Shown here piece after piece: positions 1 through 7,984 of a DNA stretch of 64,000 nucleotides. This stretch comes from Lachnospiraceae bacterium (GTDB lineage: Bacteria; Bacillota; Clostridia; Lachnospirales; Lachnospiraceae), in the NCBI GenBank assembly GCA_045598045.1, contig JAZLLG010000033.1, positions 4,456-68,455 on the forward strand, given 5' to 3'. The first letter of the stretch is position 1. Every line of letters begins with the position of its first letter. The notes under the pieces were generated by a model. It searched no databases, had not been told where the DNA came from, and saw only the letters and a list, made by a program, of their open reading frames with translations. The position numbers and the translations under genes are program-made.

Positions 1-500
1 GTGCCAAAGCTTTGTTCGCTACCCATTATCATGAACTTACAGAGCTTGAAGGGCGTTTGCACGGTGTAAACAATTACTGTATAGCTGTAAAAGAACAGGG
101 TGATGGTATCATTTTCCTTAGAAAGATTATTAAGGGCGGTGCCGACAAGAGCTACGGCATTCAGGTTGCAAGGCTTGCCGGACTACCCGAAGAAGTTCTG
201 AAAAGAGCTTCGGAAATATCTGAAGAGCTTGTAAAGAACGATATTAACACCGATGAAATATTCTCTGAAGCGTTTACCGAAACACAGGCTAAACGAAAAA
301 AAGAAAAGGACGATGCAGTATTTTCTGGTCAGCTTTCACTTTTTGAAGAACCGAAAGAGTCTACAACTGTAGACGACACAGAGACTATTCCTGAAAAATA
401 TCGTCCTGTTATCGATGAACTTAAAAAAATCAATCTACAGACATATACTCCTTTGGATGCTCTAAACGAATTATTCAGATTACAAGGTAAAATTCGATAA
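1..500 (+). CDS. mutS: DNA mismatch repair protein MutS, C-terminal fragment (5' end outside window)
   Basis: The frame is open to the window edge (in-frame from nt 3). The translation ..LFATHYHELTELEG..GGADKSYGIQVARLAGLP.. matches the conserved MutS ATPase/HTH C-terminus. The TAA stop at 498-500 abuts the mutL ATG at 501. Confidence 0.9.
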   Translation, partial: AKALFATHYHELTELEGRLHGVNNYCIAVKEQGDGIIFLRKIIKGGADKSYGIQVARLAGLPEEVLKRASEISEELVKNDINTDEIFSEAFTETQAKRKKEKDDAVFSGQLSLFEEPKESTTVDDTETIPEKYRPVIDELKKINLQTYTPLDALNELFRLQGKIR

Positions 501-2465
501 ATGATTAATGTTCTTGACAAAAAAACAATAGATCAGATTGCAGCCGGTGAGGTTGTGGAAAGACCTTCTTCGATTGTGAAGGAGCTTGTGGAAAATTCCG
601 TCGATGCAGGTGCCAAAGCCGTAACCATTGAAATCAAGGACGGTGGTGTAAGCTTTATTCGTATTACCGATAACGGAAGCGGAATCGAAAAAGAAGACGT
701 ACGTACTGCTTTTTTCCGACATGCAACTAGTAAAATCAAATCCTCTGAAGACCTTATGTCAATCAAATCCCTTGGTTTCAGAGGTGAGGCGCTTTCAAGT
801 ATTGCTTCGATTGCAAAGGTTGAGCTGATTACAAAAACAGCCGATGCCTTTACAGGTACACGTTACGTCATTGAAGGCGGTGAAGAGATTTCTTTTGAAG
901 AGTGCGGCTGTCCTGATGGAACAACATTCATCATAAAAGACGTTTTTTTCAATACTCCCGCAAGACGTAAATTTTTAAAGTCCGCTACAACAGAAACCGG
1001 CTATATTTCCGAGCTTGTTGAAAAGCTCTCGTTAAGCCATCCCGAAGTAAGCTTTAAGCTTATTGCTTCCGGTAAAGTCATACTTCATACATCAGGAAAC
1101 GGAAAGCTTCAGGATGTTGTTCTTGAACTGTATGGTCTTGATACAGCAAAGGCTTTACTTTCACTGGATGTTTGTGACGAGGAAAACGGTCTGTACCTTT
1201 CGGGAGTAATATGCAAGCCTTACGTTTCCAGAGGAAACAGAGCTTATGAAGGTACTTTCGTAAACGGACGTTTTGTTCGTTCGAAGATACTTATGAATGC
1301 GGTAGAAGACGGCTATAAGGGCTATATGATGGGACATTGTTTCCCTGTTTGTGCTCTTTTTCTCATTTGTCCGACCGATTTTGTTGATGTTAATGTTCAT
1401 CCTTCCAAGCTTGAACTTAAGTTTTCCGATAACGAAGCTGTTTATAATCTTTGCCTGAAAGCGGTAAGAGATACTCTTTCCGGTAAAAACATGATAGTAA
1501 AAGCCGAGCCCGAAGATGACAGGGCGCATTCCGAGATTGTTAAGGAAAAGAAAGATGAACTTAATAAAATACATATTCCCGAGCCTTTTGAAGTAAGAAA
1601 ACCGACATTTATTGACAGTCCCGTGCAGAAGAAGACGGAGTTTGTCGTTAAAGAAAAAACAGAAGAATTTTCACAATGTAAAGAATCGGGTCATGCGTCC
1701 GATATTTTACAGGAAAAGCTTATCAAAGAAGAAAGCGACGTTAGTGAATACACAAACGAATCTTCAAAACCAATAAACATTGAAATCACGGAAAATATAA
1801 CCGAAGAAAAGCCTGTAAAAGAGCAGATAATTATTACGGAAGCGGCACAGGAAGAGCTTCCTCTCGATCTTTACAGAGATAAGAAAAAAGAATTCAGAAT
1901 AGTCGGCGAAGTATTTTCCACATACTGGATTATCGAAATGGATAATACGATGTTCATTATCGACCAGCATGCAGCTCATGAAAAAGTTCTTTTTGAAAGA
2001 ACAATGAAAAAGCTTCGCGAAAAATCCGAATTCATGTCACAAAGCCTTATGCCTGCATCACTTTTGTCTCTTTCCATTAGAGAAGCGGAGGCATTAAAGA
2101 AAAACATTGAGCAGTTTGAACGTCTTGGTTTCGAAGTTAGCGAATTCGGCGGTAATGAATTCAGAGTAACCGGTGTTCCGGCCGAGCTCGTTGATGTTGA
2201 TTTGGACGATCTCTTTAAAGAAGTTCTTAACTCTCTGCTTAATGAACGTGAAAGTACAAAGCCGGATGTTTTGCTTGAGCGGATTGCAACAATATCCTGT
2301 AAAGCTGCCGTTAAAGGAAACAACCGTATTTCAGAAAAAGAAGCGGAGAAGCTTATTTCCGATATGTTTGAACTTGAGGACCCATATCATTGCCCGCATG
2401 GAAGACCGACAACGATTTCCATGACCAAATCGGAGCTGGAAAAGAAATTTAAACGTTTAATATGA
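501..2465 (+). CDS. mutL: DNA mismatch repair protein MutL
   Basis: 654 aa. It has the N-terminal GHKL ATPase signature QIAAGEVVERPSSIVKELVENSVDAGA and the C-terminal dimerisation/endonuclease region (DQHAAHEKVLFE, CPHGRPT). It lies immediately after mutS. Confidence 0.95.
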   Translation: MINVLDKKTIDQIAAGEVVERPSSIVKELVENSVDAGAKAVTIEIKDGGVSFIRITDNGSGIEKEDVRTAFFRHATSKIKSSEDLMSIKSLGFRGEALSSIASIAKVELITKTADAFTGTRYVIEGGEEISFEECGCPDGTTFIIKDVFFNTPARRKFLKSATTETGYISELVEKLSLSHPEVSFKLIASGKVILHTSGNGKLQDVVLELYGLDTAKALLSLDVCDEENGLYLSGVICKPYVSRGNRAYEGTFVNGRFVRSKILMNAVEDGYKGYMMGHCFPVCALFLICPTDFVDVNVHPSKLELKFSDNEAVYNLCLKAVRDTLSGKNMIVKAEPEDDRAHSEIVKEKKDELNKIHIPEPFEVRKPTFIDSPVQKKTEFVVKEKTEEFSQCKESGHASDILQEKLIKEESDVSEYTNESSKPINIEITENITEEKPVKEQIIITEAAQEELPLDLYRDKKKEFRIVGEVFSTYWIIEMDNTMFIIDQHAAHEKVLFERTMKKLREKSEFMSQSLMPASLLSLSIREAEALKKNIEQFERLGFEVSEFGGNEFRVTGVPAELVDVDLDDLFKEVLNSLLNERESTKPDVLLERIATISCKAAVKGNNRISEKEAEKLISDMFELEDPYHCPHGRPTTISMTKSELEKKFKRLI

Positions 2466-3409
2466 AAAACAGACTCATAATTATTGCAGGTCCCACTGCA
2501 GTAGGTAAAACGAATATTTCCATCAGACTTGCAAAAGCTGTAAACGGTGAAATTATTTCAGCTGATTCAATGCAGGTGTACCGTGGAATGGACATCGGTA
2601 CGGCCAAAATCCGCAAAGAAGAAATGCAGGGTGTTACTCATCACATGATTGATATCCTCGAGCCTTCCGATGAATTTAATGTTGTTTTTTTTGCCGAAAC
2701 CGCAAAGAAGCTTGTCCGTGAGATTAATGAGCGCGGTCATGTGCCTATAGTTGTAGGCGGTACAGGGTTCTACATTCAGGCTTTGCTTTATGATATTGAT
2801 TTCACAGAAAATGATGATGATATGTCATATCGAAATGAGCTTACATTGCTTGCTAAAGAAAAGGGTAATGAATTTGTACACGATATGCTGAAAGAGGTAG
2901 ACAAAGAAAGCGCGGAACAGATTCACCCGAATAATATTAAACGTGTGATTCGTGCCCTTGAGTTCTATAAAAAGAGTCATATGTGCATATCCGAACACAA
3001 TAAAGAACAACGTGATAAAGAGTCACCATATGTCTACAGATATTTTGCTTTGACCCATACGAGAGAAACTATTTATGAACGCATTGAGAAGCGTATAGAT
3101 GAAATGATTGACGCCGGCCTTGTTGAGGAAGTAAGAGGCCTTATGAAATCAGGTGCGGGAAGAGAGCTTGTATCAATGCAGGGACTTGGCTATAAAGAAA
3201 TTGCTGCATATATCGACGGGGAGTGTACACTTTCGGAAGCAGTTGAAAACCTGAAAAAAGGTACAAGACATTTTGCAAAAAGACAGATTACGTGGCTTAA
3301 ACGTGAAAGAGATGTTATCTGGATGGATAAGTCGGTTAAGTCCGAGGATGAAATCCTTCAGGAAATGATTTTACAGGTTAATGAAACCGAACAGGAGATT
3401 ATATGTTAA
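2462..3409 (+). CDS. miaA: tRNA dimethylallyltransferase MiaA
   Basis: 315 aa with the P-loop GPTAVGKT and SADSMQVYRGMDIGTAK. The ATG overlaps the mutL stop (ATGA). mutSL-miaA is the classical order. Confidence 0.95.
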   Translation: MKNRLIIIAGPTAVGKTNISIRLAKAVNGEIISADSMQVYRGMDIGTAKIRKEEMQGVTHHMIDILEPSDEFNVVFFAETAKKLVREINERGHVPIVVGGTGFYIQALLYDIDFTENDDDMSYRNELTLLAKEKGNEFVHDMLKEVDKESAEQIHPNNIKRVIRALEFYKKSHMCISEHNKEQRDKESPYVYRYFALTHTRETIYERIEKRIDEMIDAGLVEEVRGLMKSGAGRELVSMQGLGYKEIAAYIDGECTLSEAVENLKKGTRHFAKRQITWLKRERDVIWMDKSVKSEDEILQEMILQVNETEQEIIC

Positions 3410-4680
3410 AAGAACAGTATAAAGAACTTGGAATAAGCGAAAAGGTTTTTGAAATGTCCGAAAAGATTCTCGACGATCTTAAAGACCGCTTTGCCAAAAT
3501 AGATGAAATTGCAGAATTTAACCAAATGAAAGTTATTCACGCAATGCAGAAAAACAAGCTTGCCGCAGAGCATTTTGCTCCTTCTACGGGTTATGGCTAT
3601 AATGACTCCGGACGTGAAACCCTTGAGGCTGTTTATGCTGATATTTTTCACTCCGAGTCTGCTCTTGTGCGTCCTTCGCTTACATGCGGAACACATGCTC
3701 TTACGGTTGCCCTTTCAGCCAATGTACGTCCCGGAGACGAAATTCTTTCCCCTGTCGGAAAGCCTTACGATACTTTGGAAGGAGTAATCGGTATAAGAGA
3801 ACAAAAGGGAAGTCTTGCTGAATTTGGTGTTACTTATTCGCAGGTCGATCTTCTTCCTGATGGCGGTTTTGATTTTGAAGGCATTAAAAAGGCGATAAAC
3901 GAAAAAACAAAGCTTGTCACAATTCAGCGTTCAAAGGGTTACGACCCGAGACCGACACTTTCCGTTGAACGTATCGGTGAACTGATTAAATTCATAAAGA
4001 GCATAAAGCCGTCTGTTATTTGTATGGTAGATAACTGCTACGGCGAATTTATTGAAACAATTGAGCCTACTGATGTCGGAGCAGACCTCTGTGTCGGTTC
4101 GCTTATTAAAAATCCGGGCGGCGGACTTGCTCCCATCGGCGGATATATTTGCGGAAAAGAAGAGCTGATTGAGAACTGCGCATTCCGGCTTACGGCTCCC
4201 GGGCTTGGTAAAGAAGTTGGTGCCACCCTGGGGCTTAATCAGTCTTTCTTCCAAGGTCTTTTCCTTGCTCCGACAGTTACCGCAGGTGCGGTTAAAGGTG
4301 CGATTTTTGCGGCAAACATTTATGAACGTCTTGGTTTTGAGTGCGTTCCGAATGCTACGGAAGAGCGATATGATATTATTCAGGCTGTTAAGTTTTTAAG
4401 CCCTGAAAAGATGATTGCTTTCTGTAAAGGCATTCAGTCTGCGGCACCCGTTGACAGCTATGTTACTCCTGTTCCCTGGGCTATGCCCGGTTATCATTCG
4501 GATGTAATCATGGCTGCAGGTGCATTTGTTCAAGGCTCCTCAATAGAGCTTTCCGCAGACGGGCCACTTGACTATCCTTATGCGGTTTATTTCCAGGGCG
4601 GACTTACCTGGTATCACGCTAAACTTGGCATTATGATGTCTTTACAGGCATTAATCGATGCAGGAGAGATTTCTCTCTGA
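3403..4680 (+). CDS. YnbB-like PLP-dependent enzyme (Met_gamma_lyase / aluminium-resistance family)
   Basis: 425 aa. The family is recognised from STGYGYNDSGRE, QRSKGY and NPGGGLAPIGGY. The start overlaps the miaA stop by 7 nt. The substrate is unknown. Confidence 0.8.
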   Translation: MLKEQYKELGISEKVFEMSEKILDDLKDRFAKIDEIAEFNQMKVIHAMQKNKLAAEHFAPSTGYGYNDSGRETLEAVYADIFHSESALVRPSLTCGTHALTVALSANVRPGDEILSPVGKPYDTLEGVIGIREQKGSLAEFGVTYSQVDLLPDGGFDFEGIKKAINEKTKLVTIQRSKGYDPRPTLSVERIGELIKFIKSIKPSVICMVDNCYGEFIETIEPTDVGADLCVGSLIKNPGGGLAPIGGYICGKEELIENCAFRLTAPGLGKEVGATLGLNQSFFQGLFLAPTVTAGAVKGAIFAANIYERLGFECVPNATEERYDIIQAVKFLSPEKMIAFCKGIQSAAPVDSYVTPVPWAMPGYHSDVIMAAGAFVQGSSIELSADGPLDYPYAVYFQGGLTWYHAKLGIMMSLQALIDAGEISL

Positions 4681-4724
4681 TATATGAATCCTTACACTCC
4701 GGGAGAAATGGGTGAAAGGATAAT

Positions 4725-5429
4725 ATGACAGTTACAAAAACAACAATGAAGGAACTGCCCGTTTCAGAGCAGCCCTTCGAAAAGTGCATTGAAGCAGGTG
4801 CGGAAGCTTTATCTGATAAAGAGCTGCTTACTGTACTTATTCGTTCGGGAAACAAAAGTCTTCGTGCGGACGAAATCGCTCTTGAGCTTCTTGAAATGTG
4901 TGGTAAAGAAGGCATTTCGGCATTGACTTCTTTTGAAGTTTCCGACTTTGACAACGTGCCCGGAATCGGGCAGGTTAAAGCCATTCAGCTTAGCTGCGTC
5001 ATTGAATTAAGCAGAAGAATAGCAAACACAAAAAAGCCGTGGGGCAATAAGTTCTCTTCTTCTGAACAGATTGCGGAATATTACATTCCCAGATTATGCG
5101 GAAAGACGAAAGAACAGCTTCATGTTCTTGTTATGGATGTTAAAAACAGAGTTATAAAAGACGAAATCATTTCAATCGGTAACGTAAACACATCAATTTG
5201 CGACCCGAGGGAAATTATGGCCTTTACCTTGAAAATGAATGGTGTGAATATTATTCTTATGCATAATCATCCAAGCGGCGATCCATCGCCGAGCAGGGAT
5301 GACATTATAATAACCGAAAGAGTTTTCAAAGCAGGAAAGCTTGTCGGCATCAATCTTCTCGATCACATCATTATCGGACGTGACAGCTTTGTTTCTTTAA
5401 AGGGTGACGGTTTTTACGATTTCAAATAG
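4725..5429 (+). CDS. radC: RadC-family JAB/MPN domain protein
   Basis: 234 aa with the C-terminal JAMM motif HNHPSGDPSPSRDD. It sits directly upstream of mreB, as in many Firmicutes. Confidence 0.9.
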   Translation: MTVTKTTMKELPVSEQPFEKCIEAGAEALSDKELLTVLIRSGNKSLRADEIALELLEMCGKEGISALTSFEVSDFDNVPGIGQVKAIQLSCVIELSRRIANTKKPWGNKFSSSEQIAEYYIPRLCGKTKEQLHVLVMDVKNRVIKDEIISIGNVNTSICDPREIMAFTLKMNGVNIILMHNHPSGDPSPSRDDIIITERVFKAGKLVGINLLDHIIIGRDSFVSLKGDGFYDFK

Positions 5430-5454
5430 TATCAGGTAAATTAGTCATGATTTG

Positions 5455-5483
5455 TTGAAATAGCATGTGAGGAATGTTATAAT
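5455..5483 (+). promoter_or_regulatory. sigma-A type promoter for mreBCD
   Basis: TTGAAA (5455-5460), a 17-nt spacer, then TATAAT (5478-5483), preceded by TGt (extended -10). It lies inside the N-terminal extension of the track ORF 5467.., which argues for the ATG at 5512 as the true mreB start. Confidence 0.6.
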
Positions 5484-5511
5484 TCTTGCATTCATTTTGT
5501 TGGAGGTTTTT

Positions 5512-6537
5512 ATGAATAAAAATGTATTCGGTATCGATTTCGGTACGAGCACAATCAAGATATATAAGAAAAACGCAGGTGTGATTTTCGATCAGAAGAA
5601 CCTTATTGCGCTTTGCCAGGGACAGGCTGTTGCAATAGGCGATGAAGCATTCGAAATGCTCGGAAAAGCTCCCGAAAATTACACCATTACATTCCCGGTA
5701 AAAAACGGCGTAATTTCCGACATTAAAAACATGCTGCTTCTTCTGAACGAAGCTTTTCTTCAGATTGAAAGAAAAAGCGGTAAGATTTCCGGCGCCGAAA
5801 TTATAGTTGCCACCCCTACGGATATTACCGAAGTAGAGCAGAGAGCATATTTTGATCTTGCTTCAAACTGTATAGCAAAGCCCAAAAAGGTCCGCATTGT
5901 TCAAAAGCCCATTGCGAGTGCAATCGGAACCGGACTTAATGTTATGGATGCTTCCGGCGTTATGGTAGTTGATATCGGTGCCGACACAACAGAGATTTCA
6001 CTTATGTCCATCGGTGGCATTGTCTCCAGCAAGCTTATTGCCATCGGCGGTAACACATTTGACGAACTCATCATCAATAATGTCCGTAAAAAATATAATC
6101 TTATCATTGGTAATGCTACTGCCGAGACACTTAAAAAGCAGCTTGCTTTTGCGTGCGAACCCGATCATCTTACTTATAAAATCTGCGGTAAGGATGTTCT
6201 TACTGGACTTCCTGTCGATGCCGAGATGGATTCCGAATTTATTCATGAGACTATTTCAGAAAGCCTGTATCAGATTGTCGACAATGTCAAAACACTTCTT
6301 GAAAGTGCTCCGCCCGAACTTTCAGCGGATATTATGGATGCAGGTGTTTTCATCGCGGGTGGTTCTGCAAACATAAGAAAGCTTGATAAGCTTTTTGCAT
6401 CCGAAACAATGCTTGACATTAACATATGTGAGGATCCTTCAAACAACGTTGTTAAGGGTCTTGGCATCATCATCGAAGAAGGCAGCAAGTATAACGCTGT
6501 AACCTTCTCCTTCGGACAGATTTCACGTATCGGCTGA
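5512..6537 (+). CDS. mreB: rod shape-determining protein MreB
   Basis: Actin-fold motifs GIDFGTS and VVDIGADTTEISL are present. The ATG at 5512 is preceded by GGAGG. The track start at 5467 lies within the promoter. Confidence 0.9.
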   Translation: MNKNVFGIDFGTSTIKIYKKNAGVIFDQKNLIALCQGQAVAIGDEAFEMLGKAPENYTITFPVKNGVISDIKNMLLLLNEAFLQIERKSGKISGAEIIVATPTDITEVEQRAYFDLASNCIAKPKKVRIVQKPIASAIGTGLNVMDASGVMVVDIGADTTEISLMSIGGIVSSKLIAIGGNTFDELIINNVRKKYNLIIGNATAETLKKQLAFACEPDHLTYKICGKDVLTGLPVDAEMDSEFIHETISESLYQIVDNVKTLLESAPPELSADIMDAGVFIAGGSANIRKLDKLFASETMLDINICEDPSNNVVKGLGIIIEEGSKYNAVTFSFGQISRIG

Positions 6538-6549
6538 TTGGAGCATTAA

Positions 6550-7449
6550 ATGGAAAGTAAAAGACGCAGAAGGCGTGCGGCTCTACGCAGGCGAAGAGAA
6601 GAGTCGGATATACAGATTCATATTCTTCCGAAGCATATTTTGTTTGTACTATGTTTTGTTTCTCTTGTAATCATGTTTGTTTCCTACAAGTTTCCGGAAT
6701 ACGTGAGACCTGTAAGAAACGTTGTTGATAAAGTGATTTCTCCAATGCAGAAGGGCATTAACCGTGTCGGTCTTTCAATTTCCGAAAGCATGCAGAAATT
6801 CCGTGACATAGAGGATTTGAGAGAAGAAAACAATGAGCTTAAAGCCCGCCTTGAAGAGCTTACCGCGAAAGCTCAGATTACAAACCAGGATAAATACGAG
6901 CTGGATGCATTACGCGAGCTGTACCAGCTCGATAAAAAATATACCGATTTCCCTAAAGTTGCAGCGCGTATCATAGCAAGGGAAAGCAACGGATGGTACA
7001 ATACCTTTACGCTTGATAAGGGCAGTGAGGACGGTATCAAAACAGACATGAACGTTATTGCCGGAAACGGTCTTGTCGGCATCGTAACCGACGTCAGAAG
7101 CAAAACGTGCATTGTTCGTTCTATTATCGATGATAACAGCAGTGTTTCGGCTATGTTTTCATCTTCCGGAGATACATGCTTTGTAAACGGAAGCATGGAT
7201 CAGATTAAAAATGACGGAACCATTCCGGTTTCAATGATTTCCATGAATGCATCCGTTATTGACAGTGAAGAAGTTGTCGTTTCGCACATAAGCGACCGTT
7301 TTCTTCAAGGCATACTCATCGGTTATGTTCGTGATGTTTATGTTGATTCAAGCAATATGACAAGAGCTGCGGTTCTTGTGCCCGCAGTTGATTTTGAACA
7401 TCTTGATGAAGTGCTTATAATTACAGTCCTTAATAACAGGGATGAGTGA
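6550..7449 (+). CDS. mreC: rod shape-determining protein MreC
   Basis: 299 aa with one TM segment, a coiled coil (ENNELKARLEELTAK) and beta-rich C-terminal repeats. Its position between mreB and mreD supports the call. Confidence 0.85.
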   Translation: MESKRRRRRAALRRRREESDIQIHILPKHILFVLCFVSLVIMFVSYKFPEYVRPVRNVVDKVISPMQKGINRVGLSISESMQKFRDIEDLREENNELKARLEELTAKAQITNQDKYELDALRELYQLDKKYTDFPKVAARIIARESNGWYNTFTLDKGSEDGIKTDMNVIAGNGLVGIVTDVRSKTCIVRSIIDDNSSVSAMFSSSGDTCFVNGSMDQIKNDGTIPVSMISMNASVIDSEEVVVSHISDRFLQGILIGYVRDVYVDSSNMTRAAVLVPAVDFEHLDEVLIITVLNNRDE

Positions 7450-7471
7450 TGTTTTTTTGTGAGGTTTTGTT

Positions 7472-7984
7472 GTGGTAAGGATTATAGTTTGGCTTATTGA
7501 AATAATTCTTTGTTTTCTTCTTCAGACCTCCGTATTTTCGTATTTTACAATTTCGGGTGTAGTACCGAACTGTATTCTTGTTCTTGTAATTTCTGCAGCA
7601 TATACAAAAGGCCAGAATAAAGCCATCGTTTTGGGCTTTATTTCAGGCCTTATTCTTGACTTTATGTCATCCGGAAATCTTGGCGTTTGTGCGATTATCT
7701 ACATGATTATTGCTTACTTAGCCGGCTTCACCAACAAAATATACGATAAAAACGATTATATTATCCCCGGTGCTCTTGTATTTGTCGGAGAAATGCTTTT
7801 CAGCTTTATGTATTATTGCACAAGCTTTCTTCTTATGGGCAAACTCAATTTCAGCAGTTACGCACTCAATACGATTATTCCGAGAGTTATTTATACATTT
7901 ATTTCAGCTATTGTAATTTACCCGGTTTTTATGTTTTTCGAATGGGTAATTTCATTTGCGGAAGGCCACGAATCAAATGATTAA
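7472..7984 (+). CDS. mreD: rod shape-determining protein MreD
   Basis: 170 aa polytopic membrane protein with a GTG start after a GAGG-like RBS. The call rests mainly on its position after mreC. Confidence 0.75.
   Translation: MVRIIVWLIEIILCFLLQTSVFSYFTISGVVPNCILVLVISAAYTKGQNKAIVLGFISGLILDFMSSGNLGVCAIIYMIIAYLAGFTNKIYDKNDYIIPGALVFVGEMLFSFMYYCTSFLLMGKLNFSSYALNTIIPRVIYTFISAIVIYPVFMFFEWVISFAEGHESND

Noticed and set aside
3403-3409. Absence of hfq between miaA and the YnbB-like gene.
   Set aside because: It is only a deviation from the order I remember in some Firmicutes. Many Clostridia lack hfq or encode it elsewhere, and this cannot be assessed from one window.
5467-5511. N-terminal extensions of track ORFs: mreB 5467, PBP2 7956, HlyD-like 14827, xer 23886, ttcA 26122, radical SAM 35131, scpB 40111, proC 44454, aminotransferase 45833, proB 51116 and GGDEF 59639.
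   Set aside because: In each case a downstream ATG or TTG start has a properly spaced GGAGG-like RBS and agrees with the conserved family N-terminus. The extension overlaps a promoter, an RBS or the upstream gene.
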